NCBI GenBank assembly: GCA_964552755.1
Contig: CAZKHX010000001.1
Span: 84,517-148,516, forward strand
Source: Candidatus Micrarchaeota archaeon
Lineage (GTDB): Archaea > Micrarchaeota > Micrarchaeia > Anstonellales > Bilamarchaeaceae
Reading direction: 5' to 3'
DNA length: 64,000 nucleotides
In this document: piece by piece, positions 48,684-58,379 of the stretch
Layout of the letters: each line of letters opens with the position of its first letter
Numbering within the stretch: position 1 is the stretch's first letter
The notes under the pieces: generated by a model
What the model saw: the letters and a program-made list of their open reading frames with translations, nothing else
What the model was told of the DNA's origin: nothing
Databases searched by the model: none
Made by a program: the position numbers and the translations under genes

Positions 48684-49712
48684 CTAATTCCTTTGCAGTG
48701 ATCTTGTGGACAATATCCTCCTGCTAAAGTCTTCTATGGCCTTGCATAAGCCAAAGAATAATGGGAACAACGCTATCACTATGAGGGCCCCGGATACGGA
48801 ATCCGTTTCCAAAAGCCCGAAGTGCCCGAGAGTTAGATAGTACATCTGGTGCAGGATATATAGTGAGTAAGAACAATTTCCTATTTGCGAAACTGCATTG
48901 CTTAATGGCAGACTGATCTCTTTAGATAATACTGCCAAAACCAGCAGCATCGCGCTCACCACAAACAAAAATACCTCTAGAGCCAAAACAGGCAGCCCCA
49001 CATTTATTCCAAATAAAACCATGCCTCTATGCACATTGGACTCTATGGGGTTCTCGGTCAAGAAAACCGAGAGCAAAAACAAGAGAGCAAGCGCCCCTGC
49101 ACCCCATTGTGTTTTTATTTTATGCCCAGTTTGCATCAGCGCAGGAAGAATCATCCCTAGGCAGAACAGCAAGATATGCGTTAATGCCATCCCCCGGTAT
49201 ATCATTATCTGGCTAATTGCTTGTGGGGGCTGCACCAAGTAGTATGTGAAGTTCAGTAGGAAAAACACAGCAAAGGCAATGGCAACGAATGCAGGAATCC
49301 GGTATTTTTTGATTGCATAGTATGCAAAAGGCGCTATCAAGTAACATTCCAGTATATATGGGATGAACCATAGGATTGTTTCCCATCCAAAAACATAGTT
49401 GTATATTGCAAGTGCCAACAGATAGAGGGGTATGACCCTTACCCCCCTGTCCAGCCAGAAACCTGCAATCGTTTCCAGCTTAGTTTTGTTTTGAAGGGTT
49501 CTTCTTTCCAGAGAATGGAAGCACCCATATCCACTCAATATGAAAAATATTGCGATAATCCCGTTTGCGAATCCACACAATGGCCAAGAAGTATAATCAA
49601 TTATGTAGTGGTTTATTAGTACTGCCAGTATCGCGATCCCTTTTAGATACGATGTAGCATTCCATAGGTATGCTTTGTTGGCCGTTTGCCCCACTGATAG
49701 AGTTGAAGTCAT
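48684..49712 (-). CDS. Acyltransferase-3 (OafA-like) membrane protein, AT-rich
   Basis: LKGIAILAVLINHY, FFILSGY, RVIPLY, WFIPYI..CY and SYSLYILH motifs. Visibly lower GC than the flanks. Confidence 0.88.
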   Translation of the reverse strand: MTSTLSVGQTANKAYLWNATSYLKGIAILAVLINHYIIDYTSWPLCGFANGIIAIFFILSGYGCFHSLERRTLQNKTKLETIAGFWLDRGVRVIPLYLLALAIYNYVFGWETILWFIPYILECYLIAPFAYYAIKKYRIPAFVAIAFAVFFLLNFTYYLVQPPQAISQIMIYRGMALTHILLFCLGMILPALMQTGHKIKTQWGAGALALLFLLSVFLTENPIESNVHRGMVLFGINVGLPVLALEVFLFVVSAMLLVLAVLSKEISLPLSNAVSQIGNCSYSLYILHQMYYLTLGHFGLLETDSVSGALIVIALFPLFFGLCKAIEDFSRRILSTRSLQRN

Positions 49713-49734
49713 CTAATTCCTGCATCTACAGTCT

Positions 49735-49760
49735 CAGGTTTTTATGCGTTCGGGGCGCCC
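49735..49760 (-). repeat. 26-bp direct repeat copy 2 (promoter of the acyltransferase gene)
   Basis: caggtttttatgcgttcggggcgccc; the minus strand reads GGGCGCCC...cgcATAAAAA. Confidence 0.85.
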
Positions 49761-49860
49761 CCGCCCCGCCAGCGGCCGGTTCAGACCTAGCTTTATAAAT
49801 CTTACGTTTCAAATTAATCGGCACAGGGGGAGCGCTACCTCTGCGTCGCCGGGTGGTCTA

Positions 49861-50100
49861 TTGAAGAAAACTGCGGAACTAGATATACTTAAACATAATC
49901 TTGTGCCTCCGATGGAAATTCTCCCGGAAAAGGAGAAGGAAGCTCTTTTTAAGAAGCTGAACATAGGGCCGGAAGACCTCCCAAAGATGAACTCTTCCGA
50001 CCCCGAGGCGGAGGCGCTCGGCGCGAAGGCCGGCGACGTAATAAAGATAAAGAGGAGCGACGCTACGGCGACGTATTTTCATTACAGGATAGTGGTGTGA
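49861..50100 (+). CDS. rpo5: RNA polymerase subunit Rpo5 (H)
   Basis: HNLVP, LPKM..SDP and GDVIKIKR motifs; TTG start after GGTGG. Confidence 0.93.
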   Translation: MKKTAELDILKHNLVPPMEILPEKEKEALFKKLNIGPEDLPKMNSSDPEAEALGAKAGDVIKIKRSDATATYFHYRIVV

Positions 50101-50110
50101 AGGTGGATGA

Positions 50111-51577
50111 ATGGTAAATCCTTTGCTTGAGTCCTATTTCGGGACCAACAGCCTGGTCAAGCAGCAGCTCGACTCCTACAACCGTTTCGTTGAAGTCGGG
50201 ATGCAGGCCATTGTGGAGAGGGAGGAAAAGATCTCAACGAATGTTGAGGGCTTCGAGCTGAAGCTCGGAAAGGCACGCGTGGAGCCCCCGCGCTTCTATG
50301 AAGTCAAGGGCGGCTACAAAACGATAATGCCCGCGGAGGCGCGCCTCAGGAACATTACCTACGCCGCGCCCATCTTCCTCGAAATCATCCCCATCTTCAA
50401 CGGCATCGAGCGCCCCACCTATTCCGACGTGTTCATAGGCGAAATCCCGGTGATGGTGAAGTCCAAGCTCTGCTACCTGTCCTCCATGACAAAGGACGAG
50501 CTCGTTGAGCAGGGCGAGGACGCCGACGACCCGGGCGGCTACTTCATCATAAACGGCTCCGAGCGCGTCCTCGTGGGAATCGAGGACCTCGTCCCCAACA
50601 AAATCATGACTACTGTGGAAACCAGCGGCACAGTTGCGAAAGTCTTTTCCACGAGGCATGGCTTCCGCGCACGATGCGTGGTGAGCCGCACTTCCGAAGG
50701 GATGCTGCGCGCGGAGTTCCCCGCAACCCCCACCGACCTTTCCTTTGTGCAGCTCCTCCGCGTGCTCGGCATAGAAAAGGACAAGGACATACTCGACGCT
50801 TTCTCCGATGAGCAGCTGATACAGAACGACATCCTCATGAACCTCGAGGCTGAGGAATCCAAGAGCAGGAAGGAAGCGGTGGATACGCTGAGCAAGCGCA
50901 TTTCGCCCGGCCAGCCCGAAGAGTTCCGCCTCGCGCGCCTCGACAACCTCATTGAGACCTACCTCCTCCCGCACCTCGGCGTGGAGAAGAAGGACAGGGC
51001 AAAGAAGGCGTTCTACCTCATCCGCATGGCGCAGCGCGCAATCCGCGTTGCGAACAAGAAGATGCTCCCGGACGACAAGGACCACTATGCGAACAAGCGC
51101 GTGAAGCTTGCGGGCAACCTCATGGAGGAGCTGTTCCGCTATGCATTCCAGTTCCTGAAAAAAGACATAGTGTACCAGGCGAGCAGGGCGGACGCGAGGG
51201 GCCGCAAGCTCCAGGTCCATACCCTTGTCCGCCAGGACACATTGGTTGACAGGATACGCTACGCAATGGCCACGGGCAACTGGATTGCCGGCCAGACCGG
51301 TGTTTCGCAGCTGCTCGACCGCACATCCCACCTTGCGATGCTCTCGCACCTCAGGAGGGTAATCTCCCCCCTGAGCAAGAAGCACCCGCACTTCAAGGCA
51401 AGGGACCTGCACGGAACCCACTGGGGCAAGCTCTGCCCGAGCGAAACCCCCGAAGGCCCGAGCTGCTCCCTTGTGAAGAACCTCGCGGTGCTTGCGCAGG
51501 TCACCAAGGGGGGCGATGAAAAGGAGGTGCTTGCCGCGCTTGACAGGATGGGCGTGAGCAAGGAGTGGAAGGAGTGA
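50111..51577 (+). CDS. rpo2N: RNA polymerase subunit Rpo2N (B'')
   Basis: QLDSYNRF, PAEARLRNITY, GGYFIINGSERV and RDLHGTHWGKLCPSETPEG motifs. Confidence 0.97.
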   Translation: MVNPLLESYFGTNSLVKQQLDSYNRFVEVGMQAIVEREEKISTNVEGFELKLGKARVEPPRFYEVKGGYKTIMPAEARLRNITYAAPIFLEIIPIFNGIERPTYSDVFIGEIPVMVKSKLCYLSSMTKDELVEQGEDADDPGGYFIINGSERVLVGIEDLVPNKIMTTVETSGTVAKVFSTRHGFRARCVVSRTSEGMLRAEFPATPTDLSFVQLLRVLGIEKDKDILDAFSDEQLIQNDILMNLEAEESKSRKEAVDTLSKRISPGQPEEFRLARLDNLIETYLLPHLGVEKKDRAKKAFYLIRMAQRAIRVANKKMLPDDKDHYANKRVKLAGNLMEELFRYAFQFLKKDIVYQASRADARGRKLQVHTLVRQDTLVDRIRYAMATGNWIAGQTGVSQLLDRTSHLAMLSHLRRVISPLSKKHPHFKARDLHGTHWGKLCPSETPEGPSCSLVKNLAVLAQVTKGGDEKEVLAALDRMGVSKEWKE

Positions 51578-51581
51578 TCAC

Positions 51582-53411
51582 ATGGCGGCAAAAAAGAAGG
51601 AAACCCAGAGCGCTGTTTATGTAAACGGGAATCTCATCGGCTTCGTGCCCGATGGCCTTGAGCTCTGCGCAAAGTTCAAGGAAATGAGGCGCATGAACGA
51701 ACTCAATTACGAAACAAACGTATTCTACAATTCCCGCACAAAGGAAGTGTTTGTGAACACCGACGGCGGGAGGGTGCGCAAGCCCTACGTTGTAGTGGAA
51801 GAGGGCAAGCCCCGCTTCACCCCGGAAATACGCAAGAAGCTCGAAAGCAACTCCCTCAGCTGGGAGCACCTCATCAAGATGGGCGTGATTGAATACCTTG
51901 ATGCGGAAGAGGAGGAAAATTCCCTCATAGCATTGAAGGAGGAAGACGTAACCCCGGAGCATACCCACCTTGACGCGGTCCCGGAATCGATATTCGGCAT
52001 CACCTCATCCGTGCTCCCATACCCGGAGCACAACTCCGGCCCGAGGATTACGATGGCATGCTCCATGGCGAAGCAGTCCCTCGGCCTTTATTCAACGAAC
52101 TTCAACCAGCGCTTCGACACCCGCGCATATGTGATGTACTACCCGCAGAAGCCCCTTGTCTCCACCGACACCTACAAGGTGCTCAACATGGACAAGAAGG
52201 CCGCAGGCCAGAACTTCGTAGTTGCAATCACCACCTACAAGGGCTATAACATGGGCGACGGCACCGTGGTGAACAGGAGCGCAATCGACCGCGGCCTTGG
52301 CCGCGCAATCATGTTCAAGACCTACGAGTCCGAGGAGCGCCTCTACCCCGGCGGCCAGAAGGACAAGATTGAAGTCCCGACCCCGGACGTGGTCGGCTAC
52401 AGGGGCGAGGAGGCCTACAAGCACCTTGATGACGATGGCATAGTCCACCCCGAAAGCCAGCTTCGCGGAAAGGAAGTCCTTGTCGGCAAGACGTCCCCCC
52501 CGCGTTTCCTTGAGGAGATTTCTGTATTCGGCGTTGTTGAGGAAAAGAAGAGGGAAAGCTCCCTTTCGCTCAAGCCCGGCGAGCGCGGCGCAGTGGACTC
52601 GGTAATGGTAACCGAGGCCCCAAGCTCCAACCGCATGGTGAAGGTGCGCGTGCGCGCACCAAAAGTCCCCGAAGTCGGGGACAAGTTTGCCTCAAGGCAC
52701 GGCCAGAAGGGCGTAATCGGCCTCCTCATGCCGCAGGAAGACATGCCCTTCACAAAGGACGGCATAGTCCCGGACCTTATACTCAATCCGCACGCAATCC
52801 CCTCGCGAATGACTGCGGGCCACCTGCTCGAGACGCTCGGCGGCAAGGCCGGCGCCCTTGGCGGAATGCTCATGGACGGCACCGCCTTCCGCGGGAACAC
52901 GCAGGAAGACTACGTCCGTGTGCTCAAGGAAAAAGGATTTGACGAGCACGGGGAGGAATGGCTCTACGACGGCATAACCGGCAAGAGGATGAAGGTGAAG
53001 CTCTTCATCGGCCCGGTCTACTACCAGCGCCTGCACCACCTCGTCTCGAACAAGATGCACGTGAGGAGCAGGGGCCCGGTGCAGCTGCTCACCCTTCAGC
53101 CCACCGAGGGCCGCGCACGCGAAGGCGGCCTCAGGTTCGGGGAGATGGAGCGCGACTGCCTCATTGGCTACGGCTCCTCCATGGTCGTGAGGGAAAGGCT
53201 TCTTGAAGAATCCGACAAGACAATACAGTATGTCTGCACGCAGTGCGGCATGCTTGCGCACAAGGACATAGTGAAGGGGAAGGAGATATGCTCGCTCTGC
53301 GGGAGCTCGGAAGTGTCGCCCATAGAGATGAGCTACGCCTTCAAGCTCCTCCTCGGGGAAATACGCTCGCTGTTCATCTTCCCGAGGCTGCTGCTGAGGG
53401 ACAAAGCGTGA
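51582..53411 (+). CDS. rpo2C: RNA polymerase subunit Rpo2C (B')
   Basis: GDKFASRHGQKG, NPHAIPSRMT, GGLRFGEMERDC and a C-terminal zinc ribbon. Confidence 0.97.
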   Translation: MAAKKKETQSAVYVNGNLIGFVPDGLELCAKFKEMRRMNELNYETNVFYNSRTKEVFVNTDGGRVRKPYVVVEEGKPRFTPEIRKKLESNSLSWEHLIKMGVIEYLDAEEEENSLIALKEEDVTPEHTHLDAVPESIFGITSSVLPYPEHNSGPRITMACSMAKQSLGLYSTNFNQRFDTRAYVMYYPQKPLVSTDTYKVLNMDKKAAGQNFVVAITTYKGYNMGDGTVVNRSAIDRGLGRAIMFKTYESEERLYPGGQKDKIEVPTPDVVGYRGEEAYKHLDDDGIVHPESQLRGKEVLVGKTSPPRFLEEISVFGVVEEKKRESSLSLKPGERGAVDSVMVTEAPSSNRMVKVRVRAPKVPEVGDKFASRHGQKGVIGLLMPQEDMPFTKDGIVPDLILNPHAIPSRMTAGHLLETLGGKAGALGGMLMDGTAFRGNTQEDYVRVLKEKGFDEHGEEWLYDGITGKRMKVKLFIGPVYYQRLHHLVSNKMHVRSRGPVQLLTLQPTEGRAREGGLRFGEMERDCLIGYGSSMVVRERLLEESDKTIQYVCTQCGMLAHKDIVKGKEICSLCGSSEVSPIEMSYAFKLLLGEIRSLFIFPRLLLRDKA

Positions 53412-53420
53412 GGTGTTCAT

Positions 53421-55889
53421 ATGGACGAAGTCGACAAGGTAATTGACCGGATTAAGTTTTCGCTGTTCTCGCCCGACATGGTGAGGAAGATTTCCGCCGC
53501 CCGGATTATGATCCCGGACACCTACGATGACGATGGCTACCCCATTGACGGCGGCCTTGTCGATTCCCGCCTCGGCGTGGTAGACCCGGGCCTCCGCTGC
53601 AAGACCTGCGGCGCGCGTGTGAAGGAATGCCCGGGCCACTTCGGCCACATAGAGCTCGTGCGCCCGGTGGCCCACGTGGAATTCTCAAAGCACCTCTACA
53701 TGATAATGAAGGCCACCTGCCCCAACTGCCACCGCCTCACCGGCATGAAGGGCGTGAAGCGCACCGCAAAGGACAAGTGCCCGCACTGCGATTCTGAAAT
53801 TCCGGAAATACGCTTCCTCAAGCCCACTTCGTTCTTCCGCGCGGGCGTGCAGATGCTGCCAACCGACATCCGCGACTGGGTCGCGGGCGTCCCGAACGAG
53901 GACCTGCGCCAGCTCGGCTACGACCCGGAATACGGCCGCCCGGAATGGATGATACTCTCCGTGCTCCTCGTGCCACCCGTGAACGTGCGCCCCTCAATTA
54001 CGCTCGAATCCGGGGAGAGGAGCGAGGACGACCTCACTCACAAGCTGGTGGACATAATCCGCATCAACCAGAAGCTCGAGGCGAACATCAACGCCGGCGC
54101 GCCCCAGCTCATCATCGAGGACCTCTGGGAGCTCCTCCAGTACCACGTTACGACTTATATGAACAACGAGACCGCGAACATCCCGCCCGCGAGGCACAGG
54201 AGCGGCAGGCCGCTCAAGACCCTTGCCCAGCGCCTCAAGGGCAAGGAAGGGAGGTTCAGGTACAACCTGCTCGGCAAGAGGGTAAATTTCTCCGCGCGCA
54301 CCGTGATTTCCCCCGACCCGCGCATCCGCCTTGACGAAGTGGGCGTGCCCCTCCGCATCGCCTCCGAGCTCACCATCCCGATTGCTGCCACCGAGTGGAA
54401 CATCGAGAAGTGCAAGAAATACATCCTCTCACCCACATACCCGCGCGCAACCTACATATTGCGCCCGGACGGGAAGAAAATCAAGGTCACTGAAGAGCTG
54501 CGCGAAACCCTTGCGGAAGAGCTCAAGCTCGGCTGGGTGATTGAGCGCCAGATAATCGACGGCGATGTCGCGCTCTTCAACCGCCAGCCCTCGCTGCACC
54601 GCGTTTCGATGATGGCGCACGAGGTGCGCGTGCTGCCCGGCCGCACATTCCGCCTCAACCCCATCACCACCCCTCCCTATAACGCGGACTTTGACGGGGA
54701 CGAAATGAACCTCCACGTGCTCCAGACGCCCGAGGCGCAGGCAGAGGCCCGCTTCCTCATGAAAGTGGAAGACCAGATTGTCTCGCCCCGCCACGGCCAC
54801 GCAATCGTGAAGCCGCAGGAGGACCACGTTTCCGCCGCGTACTTCTTCACCCGCGACGACGCCGTGTTCACGAAGGACGAGGCATGCCGCCTCATGATGG
54901 TTGCGGGCCTGAAGGAGCTGCCCCCGGCCGACAAGAAGGGCATGTACCACGGCCGCGAAATCTTCTCCATGCTGCTGCCCGAATCCCTCAACCTCAAAAT
55001 CAAGTCCAAGCTGGGCGAGGAAATCGTGATACGCAAGGGCCACATAATGAAGGGCGCAATCGAAAGCCGCGCCCTTGAGAAGGAGCTCCTCGAAAACATC
55101 TTCATACTGGAGGGGGCGCACTTCGCCCGCGACTTCCTGGACAACTCCACCAACATGTGCCTCGAAGCGCTCTCGTGGAGGGGCTTCAGCGTTTCCATGA
55201 AGAACTACACCCTTTCCGAAAAGGCGGACAAGAAGGTGAAGGACATAGAGGACAAGCTCAACCGGGAGGTGGAGAACCTCATACTCCAGTTCAAGAACGC
55301 CAAGCTCGAGCGCGCCCCCGGCATGACGCTCAAGGAAACCCTCGAGATGAACATCATGATGGCCACCTCGCAGGCGCGCACCGATGCGGGCAAGGTAGTG
55401 GAGAGCGACTTCGGCATGGACAACTCGTCCATAATCATGGCCAAGATCGGGGCCCGCGGGAGCCTGCTGAATGCAATCCAGATGGGCGCCCTCGTAGGGC
55501 AGCAGGCGGTCCGCAACAAGCGCCTCACGCGCGGCTATTTCCGCAGGGTGCTCCCGTTCTACAGGAAGGGCGCACTCACCACGCGCGAGCACGGCTTCGT
55601 GGGCAGCTCGTTCCGCACCGGCCTTTCCGCGGACGAATTCTTCCAGCACTCCATGGGAGGCAGGGAATCCCTTGTGAACACCGCAATCAGGACGGCGCGC
55701 TCCGGCTATATGCAGAGGCGCCTCATCCACGCCCTCCAGGACCTCGTAGTGGATGACGACTTCATGGTGAAGAACGGCAAGGGCGCGATAATAGAGTTCG
55801 TATACGGAGGCGATAAGGAAGACCCGATGCTCGCGACCTCCTCCGAATACGTGGAGACCGTGAAAATGGACCAGGAGGAAACGGTCTGA
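53421..55889 (+). CDS. rpo1N: RNA polymerase subunit Rpo1N (A')
   Basis: [39 protein letters not shown] and [11 protein letters not shown] motifs. Confidence 0.98.
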   Translation: MDEVDKVIDRIKFSLFSPDMVRKISAARIMIPDTYDDDGYPIDGGLVDSRLGVVDPGLRCKTCGARVKECPGHFGHIELVRPVAHVEFSKHLYMIMKATCPNCHRLTGMKGVKRTAKDKCPHCDSEIPEIRFLKPTSFFRAGVQMLPTDIRDWVAGVPNEDLRQLGYDPEYGRPEWMILSVLLVPPVNVRPSITLESGERSEDDLTHKLVDIIRINQKLEANINAGAPQLIIEDLWELLQYHVTTYMNNETANIPPARHRSGRPLKTLAQRLKGKEGRFRYNLLGKRVNFSARTVISPDPRIRLDEVGVPLRIASELTIPIAATEWNIEKCKKYILSPTYPRATYILRPDGKKIKVTEELRETLAEELKLGWVIERQIIDGDVALFNRQPSLHRVSMMAHEVRVLPGRTFRLNPITTPPYNADFDGDEMNLHVLQTPEAQAEARFLMKVEDQIVSPRHGHAIVKPQEDHVSAAYFFTRDDAVFTKDEACRLMMVAGLKELPPADKKGMYHGREIFSMLLPESLNLKIKSKLGEEIVIRKGHIMKGAIESRALEKELLENIFILEGAHFARDFLDNSTNMCLEALSWRGFSVSMKNYTLSEKADKKVKDIEDKLNREVENLILQFKNAKLERAPGMTLKETLEMNIMMATSQARTDAGKVVESDFGMDNSSIIMAKIGARGSLLNAIQMGALVGQQAVRNKRLTRGYFRRVLPFYRKGALTTREHGFVGSSFRTGLSADEFFQHSMGGRESLVNTAIRTARSGYMQRRLIHALQDLVVDDDFMVKNGKGAIIEFVYGGDKEDPMLATSSEYVETVKMDQEETV

Positions 55890-55896
55890 GGTGGTT

Positions 55897-56916
55897 ATGA
55901 TGCCGAAGAAGGACAGAAAATCCATGATAAGCCCGTATTCCGCAGTCGGGATAGTTGCGGCCCAGTCGCTCGGGGAGCCGGGCACCCAGATGACGATGCG
56001 CACGTTCCACTACGCGGGCGTTGCGGAGCACGTGCCTACCGGCCTGCCGCGCCTCATCGAGCTTGTGGACGCAAAGAAGGAGCCCAAGAAGGCCCTCGTC
56101 AGCGTTTACCTCAAGCGCGAATACCGCACCGCGGAAAAGGCCCAGTCCTTCGCGGAATCAATCGAAGCGGTGCATCTCTCCGAAATTGCAGACGTGGAGG
56201 AGCGCATGGACACACAGAAAATCTACATCAACATCCGCGAGGAGGACAAGAAGGCGCTCCATGTTTCGCTCGAGCAGATACGCAAGTCCCTCAAGAAGGC
56301 AGTTGGCACCAACCGTGTAGACGAGCGCAAGGAGGGCTTCACGATATCGCTTAAGGAGGGGAAGGAGACGCCCCTGCGCACGCTGCGCAAGCTCTCCGGC
56401 CGCCTCGGCAAAACCCTCGTAAAGGGCATCTCCGGCATCACCCGCGCGGTAGTGATAAAGGAAGGCGGCGAGCACTTCATACGTGCGAAGGGCTCAAACC
56501 TCAAGGAGCTTCTCAAGCTCCCGCAGGTCGACTTCACCCGCATATACACGAACAACATAATGGAAATCCTCAGCATCTTCGGGGTAGAGGCCGCGCGCAA
56601 CGCCCTCATCAAGGAGATGGTCATGGTAATGGAGCTGCAGAACCTTTCAATCGACATCCGCCACCTGATGGTTCTTGCGGACGCGATGACTGCGGACGGA
56701 AAGATAAAATCAATCGGCCGCCACGGCCTCTCGGGGGAGAAGGCAGGCGTGCTCGGCCGCGCCGCATTCGAGGAGACGATGAAGCACCTCGTGAATGCCT
56801 CCATGACGGGCGAGGAGGACAACCTCGTCGGAGTGACAGAAAACATAATCGTCGGCCAGACCATACCGATTGGCACCGGCCGCATAAAGCTCGGAATGAA
56901 AGCTGCGAAGAAATAG
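55897..56916 (+). CDS. rpo1C: RNA polymerase subunit Rpo1C (A'')
   Basis: [24 protein letters not shown] and RAAFE motifs. Confidence 0.97.
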   Translation: MMPKKDRKSMISPYSAVGIVAAQSLGEPGTQMTMRTFHYAGVAEHVPTGLPRLIELVDAKKEPKKALVSVYLKREYRTAEKAQSFAESIEAVHLSEIADVEERMDTQKIYINIREEDKKALHVSLEQIRKSLKKAVGTNRVDERKEGFTISLKEGKETPLRTLRKLSGRLGKTLVKGISGITRAVVIKEGGEHFIRAKGSNLKELLKLPQVDFTRIYTNNIMEILSIFGVEAARNALIKEMVMVMELQNLSIDIRHLMVLADAMTADGKIKSIGRHGLSGEKAGVLGRAAFEETMKHLVNASMTGEEDNLVGVTENIIVGQTIPIGTGRIKLGMKAAKK

Positions 56917-56925
56917 GTGTTTTGA

Positions 56926-57363
56926 ATGGCAGAGGAAGAAACTGAAGCGAAAGAGGAAGCAGTTGCGGGGGAAACCTCCGGCCCTAAAAAGGTCAAGTCC
57001 AAGAACAAGGTCATCAGGAAGAGGAAGAGCAAGAAGGAGAAAGAGAACCCGCTCTCCGCCGCAATCAGGCTTACTGTCGAGAGCGGCAAGGTAGGCTACG
57101 GCTCCCGCAAGGGGGTGCGCGCCCTCCTCACCGGCCAGACCAAGCTCGTCGTGCTTGCGCAGAACGCGCCCGCGGAGCTTTCCGAGGACGTGGAAAAGTT
57201 CGGAAAACTCTCCGAAATACCCGTCGTGCCCTTCCCGGGCACCTCAATCGAGCTGGGCTCCATCTGCGGGAAGCCTTTCCCGGTGCTCGTGCTCGCGATT
57301 TACGAAGAGGGCGTCTCCCCAATTCTCGAATTCGGCGGGAAGGAGAAAAAGAAGAAGAAGTGA
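56926..57363 (+). CDS. rpl30e: 50S ribosomal protein L30e with charged extensions
   Basis: VESGKVGYG, ELGSICGKPF; position in the rpo operon. Confidence 0.9.
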   Translation: MAEEETEAKEEAVAGETSGPKKVKSKNKVIRKRKSKKEKENPLSAAIRLTVESGKVGYGSRKGVRALLTGQTKLVVLAQNAPAELSEDVEKFGKLSEIPVVPFPGTSIELGSICGKPFPVLVLAIYEEGVSPILEFGGKEKKKKK

Positions 57364-57367
57364 GCGC

Positions 57368-57799
57368 GTGGAAATAACCGGGGACGACCTCAAGCTGATG
57401 AACATCTTCGCTTCCGTAGCAGGAGTTATGCCCACGGACATTGCGAAGGTAGGCACCTCCTACGTTTTCCTGGTGGAAAAATTCAGCCTAGGCAAGGCAA
57501 TCGGCAAGAAGGGCGCAAACATCCAGAAGCTCCGCCAGCGCCTCAAGACCAACGTGATGATTGCGCCCGACGACGAGGATTTGGAGTCCTTCGTGCGCGG
57601 CTACTTCAACAACATCCGCGTCCTGGATTTCGAGGTGCGAGAGGCGCCCGGCCAGAAGGCCGTCTTCCTCACGGTCGCGGACACCGACCGCGGCCTCGCC
57701 ATAGGGAAGGAGGGGCTCCGCATAAAGGCGATGAAGGACTTCCTCAAGCGCAAGTTCGGCGCGGAAATCCACCTGAAGACGAAGCGCACCGACTTCTAG
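57368..57799 (+). CDS. nusA: Archaeal NusA-like KH-domain protein
   Basis: AIGKKGANI and AIGKEG KH motifs; GTG start; conserved operon position. Confidence 0.9.
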   Translation: MEITGDDLKLMNIFASVAGVMPTDIAKVGTSYVFLVEKFSLGKAIGKKGANIQKLRQRLKTNVMIAPDDEDLESFVRGYFNNIRVLDFEVREAPGQKAVFLTVADTDRGLAIGKEGLRIKAMKDFLKRKFGAEIHLKTKRTDF

Positions 57800-58248
57800 T
57801 CCAGCGCAATGAACTCCGTCTTCACCTGCTTCAGCGAGGTGAGCGACTTTATCTTGGTTACGCCTTTCCTGGAAAGGACGGTGCGCACGAACCCGTAGTA
57901 CTCATCCGCATCCTTTGTCCTCACCTTAAGGACGAGCTCCCAGTCTCCGGTGATTATGTCTATGCTCTCTATCTCGCTGAATTTTACCAGTTCCCTTGCC
58001 ACCCTCTCCGGGTCTCCGTACTCGTCCGGAGAAAGCGTTATCAGCACGTACGTGCAGAACCCCCTGCCTATTTTCCTGTAGTCGAACACCGCCTTGTACG
58101 CCAGCACCTTCTTCTCCTTCTCCATCTTCTTGATATTGTAATGTATCGTTGTCGAAGGCTCCCTGAGGCTCTTCGCGAGCCCGGATATCCTTGGCGTGCA
58201 GTGCCCCTTTGAGAGCAGCCCCACCAGCTTCTCTTCTATGTTTTTCAT
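57796..58248 (-). CDS. Lrp/AsnC family transcriptional regulator
   Basis: N-terminal HTH and RAM domain (ITGDWELVLKV). Confidence 0.92.
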   Translation of the reverse strand: MKNIEEKLVGLLSKGHCTPRISGLAKSLREPSTTIHYNIKKMEKEKKVLAYKAVFDYRKIGRGFCTYVLITLSPDEYGDPERVARELVKFSEIESIDIITGDWELVLKVRTKDADEYYGFVRTVLSRKGVTKIKSLTSLKQVKTEFIALD

Positions 58249-58379
58249 AAATTAGAATATTATACGAAATATTATTATTCTTTTGCCAGTTTTCCGAATT
58301 TTATTCAACAAACATAATATAGGAATGGCCGGCAACATCTATATGTGGCTGCATGCCACGGAGGAAAGAGGTGAGGAAG

